Below, piece after piece: positions 13,450-26,512 of a stretch of DNA of 64,000 bases. Made by a program: the position numbers and the translations under genes. The stretch spans positions 117,120,001 through 117,184,000 of the forward strand of contig NW_024704742.1 in NCBI RefSeq assembly GCF_018977255.1. The letters are read 5' to 3'. The stretch comes from Callorhinchus milii. Lineage: Eukaryota. Under the pieces are notes generated by a model. That model ran no database searches and had not been told where the DNA came from. It saw only the letters and a list, made by a program, of their open reading frames with translations. Numbering within the stretch: position 1 is the stretch's first letter; every line of letters starts with the position of its first letter.

Positions 13450-13884
13450 TAGGGTGCACTCCATATAATTGAATGGAGTTGGGACCCAACAGATGCCATG
13501 CAATTATGGAGAATTTAATAAATACCCGAAGAATTACCTGAAGTTTATTAGTGATGCCATCTACCCATCGCCTTCCGTGCTGCCTCTCTCTATACTTCCC
13601 GCTTTGGCTCTCTTCATGACTCTCTCGGCACTGCCTCTCCAGCATACATACAAATCATACAGTCAACTTCTCAACAATGCAATTATCCGAACTAATTATA
13701 CAGGTATTAATTAAATCGACTGGCTATTTTTCATGCAATTAAGCAAATTATGCAATTATTTGATATGCATTTGGTGGAGTGCAATACCATGCAAACAAAT
13801 AACAAATTTCCGGTAACTAAAAAGTGCTATGCAATTAATCGGAGTATGCAATTTACCTGATATGCAATTAAGTGGAGTGCCCTG
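13450..13884. mobile_element. Non-autonomous Tc1/mariner (Tigger/pogo-like) DNA transposon (MITE)
   Basis: Imperfect TIRs (tagggtgcactccatataattgaat / atgcaattaagtggagtgccctg), TA on both sides (13448-49, 13885-86), and multiple internal atgcaatt repeats. Confidence 0.75.
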
Positions 13885-14547
13885 TATTTAATTAATTCAG
13901 CATTACAGCAGTAACTTGATATTTTCTTTTTTTCACCGATTTCTAAAATCAAAGGGTTACATTAACTGGATCTTAGCCATTGTTCCAACAATGGAGTTTT
14001 GTTCTACCATTTCAACTACACTTGCTGTCAACGGCATCAATAGGGAAACATGGCAGGGACACAGAAGGCTGTATTGTCCTGTGGCAGAAATCTGTGCTGC
14101 CGATTTTATGCTTCTGCAGGCACTTGTTTTTGTAGCACCAGAATACATTTGTGTGTACGATCAGGAATCCTTTGCAAGGATGGGCTTTCTCGAAAGGAAG
14201 CATCGATTGATCAGACGTGGTTTTTGGTCTGTTTTTAAATTGTGCTTTAACAAAACATGATGGCCTCTCATTCGGTAATGAAGAATTCTAAAATATCGAA
14301 TAACTCCCATTATCAGAGGCAGAAATGTAAGCATCAGGAAGGCAAATTAATTCCCATTTTATTCAATTAGGAGTACTGCTGGACCTCATCCAGATCATTT
14401 CACAGCGAGCTAGGAGAGCAGCAGGGCTATGTGCTGGAGGTGCCAAAGTGAGACGTGTTCCCCAGCTCAATCACTTTGCTTATGCACAAATCTTTGAAGG
14501 ATTTGGAACTAAGTGTAGGCATTTGTCTCAGGTGTGATTATTCGAGT

Positions 14548-14910
14548 GGCAGCTTGGCTCAGTTAGTAGCACTTTCCCCTCTGGGACAGATGGTTACGGT
14601 TCAAGCATCATGCTGGGACTTGAGCACGTATTTTATGCTAACACTCCAAGTGCAGTATTAAAGGAGTGCAATATTGTAGTGCAGTGTATCTTTTAGATGA
14701 GACATTAAACCACAATCCCATCTGGCAGTTCTTCATTTGATGCAAAAAATCTCACGATACTATCTGAAAAGAGAAAGAAGGTTCTATTCAACAATAAGAA
14801 TTGGCTATCGCTTGCTTTTGGGATTTTGCTGCAGGCAAAATGGCTGTTTGCCTTTAAAAACAGTCATTACGCTAAACAGTAATTATTATAAAGTGTTCTG
14901 AGGTGTTTCA
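14548..14910 (+). mobile_element. Deu-domain-type SINE (tRNA-like head, L2-like tail)
   Basis: A-box-like tggctcagttagtag, B-box-like ggttcaagc, body gatgagacattaaacc..actat..gaaaagag..aaaatggctg. The same body recurs more than 10 times in the window. Confidence 0.75.
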
Positions 14911-15101
14911 ATGTGGAGTGGAATAATGTAAACCACTGATGTCCCTAATGGTATATGGCCAGGGCAGTAGGGCAATTAGGCAAAGGTTCAGGGTTGTGAA
15001 TGGACAACTTTAGGACAGATTCCAAAAAGTATTTCTTTACACTGAGGGAAATCAACAGCTGGGATGGGCGACTAGAATACTGGACTCATTCATGAAGTGC
15101 C

Positions 15102-15653
15102 TAGAATCATAGAATCATAGAATCGTACAGCACAAAAAGAGGCCATTCGGCCCATTGAGTCTGTGCCGGCTCTTTGAAAAGAGCAATATAATGTCAGTCC
15201 GACTCCCCAGCCCTTTCTCCGTAACGCTGCAGACCCATCCTCCTCAAGTACCCATCCACCGCGTTTTTAAAAGTAGTTATCGAATCAGTCTCGACCACCC
15301 TTTCAGGCAATGCGTTCCAGATTCAAACAACTCACCTCTAATAGGTCTCCTCGTATCCTTCTCTGCTCCAATGAGAATAATCCCAGCCTCTCTAGCCTTT
15401 CCTCATAATCAAGGTCCCTCATTCCTGGTACCATTCTTGTAAATCTCCTCTACACCCTTTCCAATGCTTTAACATCCTTCCTATAGTGTGGTGTCCAGAA
15501 CTGGGTGCAGTATTCTAACTGAGGCCTAACCAGTGTTTTATATAGGTTAATCATAACCTCCTGACTCTTGTACTCTATGCCCCCATTTATAAAGCCTAGT
15601 ATCCCATATGCCCTTTTTACAATTTTATCTACCTGTTTACAGCCTTATCTACC
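15102..15653 (-). mobile_element. 5'-truncated, internally deleted CR1 LINE
   Basis: (catagaat)n tail = (ATTCTATG)n on the minus strand. Closely similar to the 50864-51720 copy but lacks about 150 bp after gattcaaacaactc. Confidence 0.9.
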
Positions 15654-15699
15654 GGATGCTTGATCCTGCAATTGGAAGAAGGTAGAATAGGTATTGTGG

Positions 15700-18600
15700 A
15701 ATCATAGAATCATAGAATCATACAGCACAGAAAGAGGCCATTTGGCCCATCGCGGCTGCGCCAGCTCCTAAAAGAGCAATCCAACTCAATCCCACTGGCC
15801 CGCTTTCTCTCCATTGCTCTGCAATCCTGTCCTCCCCAAATACCCATCTACTTCTCTCTTAAAAGTTGTTATTGAATCGGCTTCCACTACCCTTTCAATG
15901 CATTCTAGATCTGAACAACTCGTTGGGTCAAAAAAAAATTCCTAACTTCCCCTCTGTTTCTTTTAACAACTATCTTAAATCAGTGTCCTCGGGTTACTGA
16001 CCCACATGCCAGTGGAAACAGTTTTTCCCGGTTCAACCTATCAAATCCTCTCATGATCTTGAAAACCTCTATTAAATCCCCTCTTAATCTTCTCTGCTCT
16101 AGGGAGAATAATCCTAGTTTCGCTAACCTCTCCTCATAACTAAGGCCCTTCATTCCTGGTACCACCCCTGTAAACCTCCTTTGCACCTTCTCCAATGCCC
16201 TAACATTTTTCCTAAATTGCGGTGCCCAGAACTGAACGCAGTACTAACCAGCATTTTATAAATATTCAACATAACCTCCTGACTTTTGAATTCTATGCCC
16301 CGATTTATAAAACCTGATATTCCATACGCTTTTTTAACAACTTTATGTACAACAACAACAACAAGATTCCATTTATTGAGCGCCTTTCAAGGCGCTGTAC
16401 AGTTGGGTCAGGACCCGAGCAAGGGGGAAATGGTCAGGGTGAGGGGAGGAAAGGGAGGGAGCGAGGAGGGGGTAGAGAGTCGAGAGGGGAGCTGAAGGCA
16501 CGGTCAAAGAGAAAGGTCTTGAGACCGGCCTTGAAGGAGGAAAGGGAGGAAGCAAGGCGAAGGCACTGGGGGATAGAGTTCCAGAGCCTAGGGGCTGAGA
16601 GGCTGAAGGCCCGGCCACCGATGGTAGGGCGGTTGGGGCGGGGGATGTGGAGCAGACTGGAGCCAGAGGAACGGAGGGTACGGGCAGGTAGGTAGGGGGA
16701 TAGTAGGTTGGAGAGGTAGGAGGGAGCAAGGCCGTGAATGGTCTTGTAGGTGAGGGTGAGGATCTTGAATTTGATCCTCTGGGGGATGGGGAGCCAATGG
16801 AGGCGAGCGAGGGTGGGAGTGATATGGTCCCGAAGCGGAGCAAATTCCCTTGATCTTGGATTCAAGGAAATCCAGCATCTCCTCGCAGTGAAGGTTGGAG
16901 GAGATGACCTGCGCGGGGTGGCGGGTGGACGGAAGAGTTGGGATGTGGTAGAGAACAGTAGCCTGGGGTTGTCCTTCGCCTCCAGGATTATCCTGGAGTA
17001 GAATGACGATTTGGCCGAGGCTAGAGTGGAGCGGTAGATTTTGAGGAGGTCCAGCCATGTACCTGTCTGCCACCTTTAGAGATTTGCTTATGTGGACCCC
17101 CAGGCGTCACTGTTCATTTGCACCCTTTAAGATTGTACCATCTCGCTTATATTGCCTCTCCTCATTCTTCCTACCAAAATGCAACACTTTGCATTTCTCC
17201 ACATTAAATCTCATCTGCCACATTTCTGCCTATTTTACCAATCTGTCTAAGTCCTCTTGGGGTCTGGTGTTATCCTCCTCACCATTAACTATTTTTCTTA
17301 GCTTCGTATCATCTGCAAATTTGGAAATTGTGCTCCCTGTACCCAGGTCCAGATCATTAATATAGATCAGAAAGAACAGTGGTCCCAATACCGACCGCTG
17401 AGGGACACCACTTCACACCTCCCTCCAGTCAGAAAAGCAACCATTTACTACCACTCTCTGCTTTTTGTCTCCTTGCCAGTTCTGGATCCGTGTCGATATA
17501 GTCCCTTTAATATCGTGGGCTTCTATTTTGTTTATGTCTCTTATGTGGTACTTTGTCAAACGCCTTTTGAAAATCTAGATAAACTACATCTACGGCACTA
17601 CTTTCATCCACCCTCTCAGGCACTTCATCAAAAAATTCTATTAGGTTTGTGAGACACGATCTGCCTTTAACAAATCCATGTTGACTGTCCTTTATTGAAC
17701 CATATTTTTCTAAGTGAGAATTTATATTGTCCTGGATTATGGTCTCCAGAAGTTTCCCTACTACTGATGTTAGGCTGATTGGCCTGTAGTTCTCAGGTTT
17801 ATCCTTCAGCCCCTTTTTGTACAGGGGAGTAACACTTGCAACCTTCCAGTCCTCTGGCACCGCTCCAGTGTCCAAAGAAGATTGAAAGATTATGGCCAGA
17901 GCCTCCACTATTTACACCCTTGCCTCCCTCAGTAACCCAGGATGCATCCCGTCCAGACCAGGTGACTTATCTATGTTGAGCACCGACAGCCTTTTTAGTA
18001 CCTCCTCTCTGTTGATTTTTATCATATCCAATTTCTGTTCACACTCCTGTGATATTGTGCCACTGGTTGCATCGTTTTCTTTTGTGAAGACAGTTGCAAA
18101 GTACTTATTTAGTACATCAGCCATGCCCTCAACAAGAAGATTTCCACTTGGGTCCCTAATTGGACCCACCCTACCTTTGACTAACCTTTTACTTTTGATA
18201 TGCTTATAAAATACTTAGGGTTCCCTTTTATTTTTCCTGCTAATCTTTTCTCGTACAATCTCTTCACCCTTCTTATTTCCCTTTTCACTTCTCCTCTATA
18301 CTTTTTATATTCTATTTGATTATCTTGTGTGTTTTGGACCTGACATTTGTCATAAGCCTCCTTTTCTGTTTTATTTTAATCCCAATTTCCTTAGTCAACC
18401 AGGGAGGTTTGACTGTCCTACCTTTCCCTTTGTGGGAATGTATTTGCTCTGTTCCCGAACTATCTCCTCCTTGTTCGTTTGCTGTTTTACCTGACAATCT
18501 TTCTTTCCAATCTATCTTGGCCAGGTCCCTTTTTAGCTCACTGAAATTAGTCCCTTCCAGTTGAGGGTCTTTACCTTTGATTGATTATTGTTCTTTTCCA

Positions 18601-18855
18601 TAACTATTCTAAACCTAATGATATTGTGATTACTGTTATCCAGATGCTCTCCTATTGAAACCCGATCCACTTGCCCCACTTTATTTCCCAGAACCAAATC
18701 CAGCACTGCTTCCTTCCTCGTTGGGCTGGAAACATGCTGATCCAGAAAGTTCTCCTGCGCACATTTCAGGAATTCCTCCCCTTCCTTGCCCTTTACACTG
18801 TGTGTTTCCCAGTCCACGTAAGGATAATTTAAATCCCCCATTATCACTACTCTAT
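15700..18855 (-). mobile_element. CR1 LINE ORF2 (end of APE endonuclease + RT), frameshifted, interrupted by an L2
   Basis: Minus-strand ORFs give IMGDLNYP..LDLVL..SNHNIIRF (APE), DKSPGLDGMHP, PEDWKVASVTPLYKKG..NYRPISLTS..QHGF..SCLTNL..YLDFQKAFDKVPH (RT) and LFSLEQRRLRGDLIEVFK. (ATTCTATG)n tail. Confidence 0.95.
16351..17056 (-). mobile_element. L2 LINE nested in CR1, RT domain internally deleted
   Basis: (TTG)n tail; ORF2 C-terminus LRDHITPTLARLHWLP; TSD atgtac at 16345-16350 and 17057-17062. Confidence 0.92.
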
Positions 18856-21334
18856 TGGTTTTGGAAGGATGGGATCAAATGGGTCGAAGGGCCTTCTTCA
18901 CCTGAGCTTCAGTTGTGATCTTACGTGATTCAATGACTGACTCGAAGTCAGTCGCTTGACAGTTTACTAGAACTCTTGAGTTAAAAGGAAAGTGAAATTC
19001 TCACGATAAGATACTGGTCTTCAATGATCACCTGGACAAGTACAGAAAACTCAATTGAGTACGAGTATGATTTGAGACTTATGTTGAGGCTCTAGAGCTA
19101 AAGTGCTGTGGTTACTGATCCAATCTCTCAGAGAAATTTTAAAGATTAGATTTCACTAAAGGCAAATGATTCTGGTGGACGATCGTTGACTAAATGCTAG
19201 TATTAATCCTTCTGGTTTTGGCTGAAAAGACTACTTGGAGGCAGCTGAGCACTTCTCACCACTGTTGGGCACCAGTGCACTAGTGGGCCATGGAGAATAA
19301 CAGCACAGCATGCTAATGCCAGTGTCCATATGTGGGTTTCAAACAGCTTAAAACCATGACAGTTATTAATGAATCATGTCAGATTTAGATGGAGGTCCAA
19401 GTCATATTTGCATGAAATATATTTTGTATCATTGTCCAAAGTTCATAGAATTCTGATGAATTAGTAAAGATGACACGGTAAAAAAATCACAGAATTTTTA
19501 AAATTTAAGTGAACTGATAAACGAATCATTCCGATAAAGTAGTCATTCACTTCATGAATATTGCTGTTCATAAATTGGCTGCTGCGTTCACCACCAAATA
19601 TTCAGATTCTTTACATTAATAACTTGTGATTCCTATTACGATTGAAACATTTAATATTTTACTAAACAACAAAGATTTACACTGTGATGTCACTACTTTA
19701 AGCGCTTTGAGACATTCTCCTGACGTGAAAGGCGCTATGTAAATGTAAATCGTTTTGTAAATTCTATTCTATTGCACTTAACAATAAGAAATGGTTGCAC
19801 AACCTTTTAATAAATCCAATTATTATTATATATAATTTTAAGTATTACATTTTTAGTGTTGGACTCAAACCAGAAATGACTTATGCTCTTGGCTTAAGAA
19901 CACTGTTTTAACATTTAGGATCATGCAGAATTATTAATTTCAATGTTAAATTGCAAACTGGGTACTTGCAGTTCTTTTTGGGTGTTGCAGAAAACCAGCT
20001 TCCAAATTAAGAGTGAATTAGAGAATTTACCAAAATTCTTCATGATCTTATATTTTGGCTCAATAATCTTAAGGCCACAAATATCAGTCAATACATTTTA
20101 CAGTTTATCCTGTGAAACAAAAAAGTCTCAGCAACATGATAAGGCGCTATATCAAATGCAAGCATTATTATTATTGTAAGTCTAAGACCATGGGAAACTT
20201 CAGATCTCAGCAGATGCACCGCAATGATCTTTTCCAGTTAAATACTTTCCTATGTTGGGAATTTATTGAATCTCCAGGCAGTGTATTCCATGATTCATAT
20301 CATAATCTAAGGTTCCCTAAAGTGGTATATTTTAAACAGAGTATTTTCATTCATCTTAGTCTACCTGCCAGTGGATGAAGCATTTTCCTGGTTGTTAGCT
20401 ATACATAGGAGCAGATTTAGCAACTGCCACCACCCTCCCACTTGCTTCCCCCCTCACCATTCCCTGACCTTCCCCATAAAATGTAATTGAGATCAAGGTG
20501 TACAAATGTCAAACTCTGGGGTACAACAAACAAGACACAGGAAAGGAGGTGATTAAATTACTAAATTATCTATCCAGTTTGTCACATTCTGACAGTTCTT
20601 CAATGAGAAATTCTGCTTGGAAATATAGCATAGAAATGTGCTTTTCGATATTGTAAATGAGAATGAAGCTTAGGTGAAATGTACCTAATGTTTAGCTATT
20701 ATGTGAATAAAGTTTTTTTTAAAAAAATCTTATTTAATTTAATCACTAAACAGAATGCTACCAGGGTGTTTCTAGGTTAAAAGCCTTTCATTTCTGCTTC
20801 CAATGATACTTTGTCTTCATGCTGCTTTTGGAGATATCCGACAATCTGTTTTTCCTTATCACTGCTTACAGCTGTGCTCAGCCTGTTCCTCATTCTCCTC
20901 TGCAATCTGTTATTCATGACAGCGGCTGCAGTCACCATGCCCGTAGATTCATTGCTGCCTGAAGGAGTGTACACTAAAGTTAGTAAAGATTTGTGCACCA
21001 GGGATGTGCTGTGATCTCCTATGAATGCAGCAGAGACATTTCTTCTATTAAAAAGGGTGTTTTTTATGCGTGCTCAGTAAAGCAGCTAGTGCAGATCTGT
21101 GCAGAATAGCAGAACACTTTGAGCGAAGCAGATGCTCTGCCCTTCTCTATTTCCTCATTACATTTCCTCTGCTGAAATTACTTTGAATTTATTCTGAAAT
21201 TATTATTTTTGCTAAAAGCTCTGCTGTGTGGCACTTGACTTTTTCCCTCCTGACTCCATCCCCAAATAAAGTTATATTCGTGAACTATTTGTTCTCGTTT
21301 GCTCCTATTTGTCAATTTGAGCCAGTTATTTATA

Positions 21335-21740
21335 ATAAACCTTACATTTGGTATAGAGCTTCATCACATTGTAGAGACATCCAATGTGCTTCACAGAATT
21401 TTACTGTCAAGTGTAGCGAATATAGGTCTTGTAGGTAAATGTGACATCCAATTTGTATACAGTAATGTCCCACAAACAGCAATGAAATGAGTGACAAATT
21501 TTTCTCTGGCTGATTGTTGGCTAGAACGCTGGGAGAAACTCTCTATCTTTTCGAATAGTGCCATGAATTTTTTCAACATCCACTTAAACAGGTAGATAGG
21601 ACCTCCATTTAATGTCTCATTCAAAGGATGGCACATGCAACAATACAGAGCAACCCCAGCACTTCATTGGAGAGTCAGCCTAGACTTTATGAGTTGGGGC
21701 ATGGGGCTTTGGAGCTGGTGGGGCAACTGAGCCATTCTGA
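21335..21740 (-). mobile_element. Deu-domain-type SINE
   Basis: Reverse complement of the same body (cccacaaacagcaatg, gaatagtgccatg, tttaatgtctcat, caactgagcca). Confidence 0.75.
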
Positions 21741-21844
21741 TACCTATTTGAAAGTTGACACAAGTGACTAAGACTATGTTATGTACTCTTCAATCGTGCT
21801 TTTTCTCTCTGATTCCTCAGTCTCAATGCAGTTTTACTCCAAAG

Positions 21845-23715
21845 TCATCCTGGAGGCAAACAACAATCCAAAGACGCTGTTTTCCACCTCCTCCATGCAA
21901 CCCTTCAAGCCCTCTCTATCCTTACATCAAACACTAAGTGCAAAGAGGTTCTAGACTTCTTCGCCTCAAAAATTGAAAACATCTGCTGGCTGCATCGTTC
22001 TCCCACCGCATGTTCCCTTCCACCCCACCCAGACCATCCACACCGCCTTCTCCCTCCACCACGGCTCCTGACACTCCCCCCTCCTTACACTCCTTTACCC
22101 CCATTTCTCCCTCCTCCCTCTCAACCACAATCACGCGGATGAAGTTCACCACCTGCTACCTCGACCCCCTCCCCAACCCACCTCAACTCCTCCTTCTCTA
22201 CCCCCTGCTGGCCGACACGGTCAACCAGTCTCCTCAGGCTCTGTTCCCCTCCCACTGAGTGCCATCACACCGCTCCTCAAAAAGCCCACTCTCGATCCCT
22301 CTAATCTCTCACACTAGTATCCCATTTCCAAACTATCCTTCCTTACCAAAGTCATGGAACGCATTGTTGCAGTCAACTTTGATCACACCTCTCCCTCTGT
22401 TCCCTCCCCTGCAGTCTGGTTTTCGCCCTGCCCGCAGCACAGAGCCAGCGCTCATCAAAGTCACAAATGACATTCTCTCTATCTGTGACCAGGGTTCACT
22501 TTGCCTCCTTGTCCTCCTGGATCTCTCTGCCGCGTTCAACACAGTCGACCATGCCATCCTCCTCCATCAGCTCTCCTGCCTCATCAACCTCAGTGGGACC
22601 ATACTCGCTTGGTTGGAGTCCTCGTTAACTAACCACTTCCATTTCCTCTCAGCAAATGGTTTCTCTTCCCGCCCCCAACCAGTCACCTGCAGGGTTCCCC
22701 AGGGCTCCATCCTGGACCCTCTTCTTTTCCTTATCTATATGCTCCCTCTGGATGATGTAATCCGCAGACACAGGGTAAACGTCCACATGAATGTGGATGA
22801 CACACAAATCTACTTTGCCTCCTCCAGTACCAACTCCAGGTCCGCCGATTTTCTATCAGTTTGTCTGGGAGATATCAGGGCCTGGATGAGTGTAAACTTC
22901 TTGCAGCTGAATGTGGAAGCTATACTCCTTGGCTCCCGTCAACATCTTCACTCCTGCGGATCTAAACTCCTCAACCTCCCTGGGCTCTCCCTCAGACTCA
23001 CCAAACAGTGGGCAACCTAGGCGTCTGGTTTGACCCCCAGCTGTCCTTCCTCCCCTTCCTCCTTCCTCGGGTCCCTAACCAGGACTGTCTTCTTCCCCTC
23101 CTCCACACTGCCTGCCTCCGACCGTACCTTACCCCAAATGCAGCTGAAACCCTTGTACATGCATATGTCATCACCCGCTTGGATTACTCCAATGCATTCT
23201 TCACTGGTCTCCCCAGCTCCACTATTCAAAAGAACCAGCGCAATCAAAACTCTGCTGCCCACATACTGACCCGAACAAAACTATACGCACATCTCACCAG
23301 TTCTGGCCAGGCTCCACTGATTCCCCATCACTGAACAGATTGACTTCTAGATCCTCACACACATATTCAAATCCATTCACTCCCTGACACCTCCCTACCT
23401 ATCCGACCTCCTCACTCCCCAATCCACCACCCAGTGCCTCCGCTCAACTGGCACTGACTTCCTGCTCATTCCTCACACCCTCCGCCCACCATTGGAGGTT
23501 GCACTTTCAGCCACTACCCCCTAAAACTCTGGAACATTGTCCCTCAATCGGTCCGCGTTGGCCCCTCTCTCCCCTCTTTCAAGTACCGCCTGAAAACTTT
23601 CCTCATGCAGACAACCACCTACCCCCTCTCCCAGCTCAGAGTCAGGCTCCGCCACCGTTAAGCGCACTGAGATGCTTCCCTGCGTGGAGGGCGCTATGTA
23701 AGTGCAAGTTGTTGT
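21845..23715 (+). mobile_element. L2 LINE ORF2 with RT domain, decayed, 3' tail present
   Basis: ORF 22259..23020: QSGFRP..STE.ALIKVTNDI..LVLLDLSAAFNTVDH..VPQGSILDPLLF..VDDTQIY. Tail ggcgctatgtaagtgcaagttgttg. Confidence 0.93.
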
Positions 23716-24859
23716 AGGAGATATGGGATAAACTTTTCTCTCTGAACGGTGTAAACTGTTCTAATTTTATATTGTGGTTCTAGATGTTTGAAAGGCGATG
23801 GTGCAGTCTCATATTTTGAGCCTCTGCTCATTTTACGTCACCATCCAGGAAGCAGGGAAGTGACATTTCACACATCTCGTTCAAGGTCCGTCTTAAGATC
23901 TATCTCTTTGACAGCACTTTCAATCATCTTTCCCCTTCCCACCCCCAGCTCACTTGCCCAGCCAGCACCATTAAGCCTGGGAGATCCTCCTAACATGAAA
24001 AATGCTACATAAATGTTTTGTTTGTACTGTATGTGCAACCATGTGCTATTATTATGTATTATGTTGTCAGATGTTTCTCACATGCACCAACCACTTTATT
24101 CCTGCAATCTTCCATGTCAAAATAATGAGAGGAAAAATGGCTGATGATCTGAGCATCAGCTGGCTTTGCTGCCAATCTTTTTTACCCAGTTCCACCATCA
24201 ATATTGCAATAGCAGAGATTTGCGAGGATGAATTTCCAATGTTTTTGCGCATGTGAGTAGAGTGTCATTACGTCCAGTTTCTGTAGCATCACCTTTTTCA
24301 TAATATTGTCGGAGCCCCTCTAAGTGTTTCGCCCACAAAATGTACAATCAATTCACTTGACAGTATTTTCTGTGAAGCGCTTTGAGACGACTCGAAGACA
24401 TGATAAGGCGCTATATCAAATGCAAGGAATATTTATTATTAAGTGGAGGCAACAGGCGATCCAATTCTGAATTGGGTTCTGCCGTGTTTGGTGTGGGAAG
24501 ATACAGCCTTTTTCCTTTTCAGTTATCTCTAGAAGTGAGCTTGCCCCAAGAGGCATACTTCCAACATAAATACGGTACAAGTGAAATGAGTTTGAACATT
24601 TCAAACCAGTTTCCAGTGAGTATTGGTTAATAATTCAGCACTAATTGGCGGGGCTGGAATTTTTTGCACATTTGCATTTTGAGTTGGGATTCTGGCCTGG
24701 AGAGATTCAAATTCAATTCTTAATAAGCTGTATTCAGAATATCAGAGAATGGTAGAATGTTATAGTACAGAAACAGGCCATTTGGCTCATTACGTCTGCA
24801 GTGGTGTTTTTCTCCTGCTTTCTCCATGACGCCCTTTCTCTTTTGTTAAGCATCCATCT

Positions 24860-25870
24860 ACAACAACAACAAGATTTCATTTATAGAGCGCCTTTCACGT
24901 CGGGAGGAGGTCCCAAGGCGCTGGACAGTTGGGTCGGGTCCCGAGCAGGGGGGAAATGGTCAAGGTGAGGGGAGGGAAGGGAGGGAGCGAGGAGGGGGTA
25001 GAGAGTCGAGAGGGGAGCCGAAGGCACGGTCAAAGAGAAAGGTCTTGAGACCGGCCTTGAAGGAGGAAAGGGAGGAGGCGGCGAAGGCACTGGGGGATGG
25101 AGTTCCAGAGCCTAGGGGCTGAGAGGCTGAAGGCCCGGCTACCGATGGTAGGGCGGTTGGGGCGGGGGATGTGGAGCAGACCAGAGCCAGAGGAACGGAG
25201 GGTACGGGCAGGTAAGTAGGGGGATAGTAGGTCGGAGAGGTAGGAGGGAGCAAGGCTGTGAATGGCGTGTAGTTGAGGATGAGAATCTTGAATTCGATCC
25301 TCTGGGGGATGGGGAGCCAGTGGAGGTGAACGAGGGTGGGAGTGATGTGGTCGCGAAGCCTGGTGCGGGACAGTACACGAGCTGCAGAGTTCTGAATGAC
25401 CTGCAGCTTGTGGAGGGAGATGCCGGGAAGGCCGACGAGGAGAGAGTTCCGATAGTCCAGCCTTGAGGTGATAAAGGCGTGGACCAGTGTTTCAGCAGCG
25501 TGAGGGGTGAGGTAATGCCGTAGTCTGGCGATGTTCCGGAGGTGATGGAAGGCGGTGCCAGTTGTGGCGCGGATGTGGGGAAGAAAAGACAGCTCAGGGT
25601 CGAACAGAACCCCAAGGTTCCTGACTGTCTTTGAGAGGTGGAGAGTGCAGCCTTGGATGCTGATGCTGTCAGCGCCTGAGGTGCGGAGGCGCTGACGCGA
25701 GCCAATCAGGAGGGCCTCAGTTTTGCGCACGTTGAGCTGAAGCAAGTTGTCTCTCGTCCAGGACTCGATGTCAGACAGGCAGGCTGTCAGGACATCGGTG
25801 GTCGTGGAGTTGAGGGTAGAGGAGGAAAGGTAGAGTTGGGTGTCATCTGCATACATGTGGAAGTTAACCC
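24860..25870 (-). mobile_element. Relatively young 5'-truncated L2 LINE
   Basis: ORF 24960..25856: MYADDTQLY..LQLNVRKTE..RNLGVLFD..FITSRLDY..LHWLPI. CpG-rich, with an intact hairpin tail and (TTG)n. Confidence 0.95.
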
Positions 25871-26084
25871 TTTGAAAATAATTTATGGATTCTGCATCAA
25901 CAATGGCAGTTAATAGTTTATCCCCTCATTCCTCAGCTTAGTTGACTCTGTAATCTTTAACGAGAAGTTCCCAACATTGAGAAAGGTAATAAATATAACC
26001 CACCACACCCCGCCCCCACCCACCATCGCTCCTTGCGTCTCAACTGCAACAGGTAGTCTATCTACCCTCAGGTATTACTATTGA

Positions 26085-26512
26085 TAATATTCCTTGCATT
26101 TGGTGCAGCGCCTTATCATATTGCTGATATATCTCAAAGCATTTCACATGATTTATTATAAAGACTAGTATTTAGAACTTGTTGGCAAACAAAGCAGCCA
26201 TTTTGTACAAGGTAATGTCCCTCAAACAGACATGAAATGAATAACCAATTTTATCAGCTGAATAGTTGGAGAGGACACCTTGAGAAACTCTTTCTCTTTT
26301 TGAATAGTGCTATGGGATCTCTAATATCTATTTGATCACGCTGATAGGACCTTGGGTGAACATCTCATCTTAAGGACGATACCTCTGACAATGCTGAGCT
26401 TCACCAGTTCCACCTATGTCAGCCAAGTCAATGAGCTCAAAGTCCTAATATGGGGCTTGAACCCACCACCTTCAGAATCAGAGGGGAAAACTACCAATTG
26501 AGCCAGGCTGAT
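26085..26512 (-). mobile_element. Deu-domain-type SINE
   Basis: Head gggcttgaaccca..tcagaatcaga..aattgagccaggctga and tail ccttgcattt..gcgccttatca, both on the minus strand. Confidence 0.75.

Noticed and set aside
22259..23020. 253-aa ORF as a domesticated RT
   Set aside because: The catalytic motif is degraded (NVDD), frameshifts flank it, and it lies within an ordinary L2 copy.
24960..25856. 298-aa ORF as a host gene or active RT
   Set aside because: It is a 5'-truncated L2 ORF2 beginning at the YADD motif, with a frame change near the end; it cannot be autonomous.
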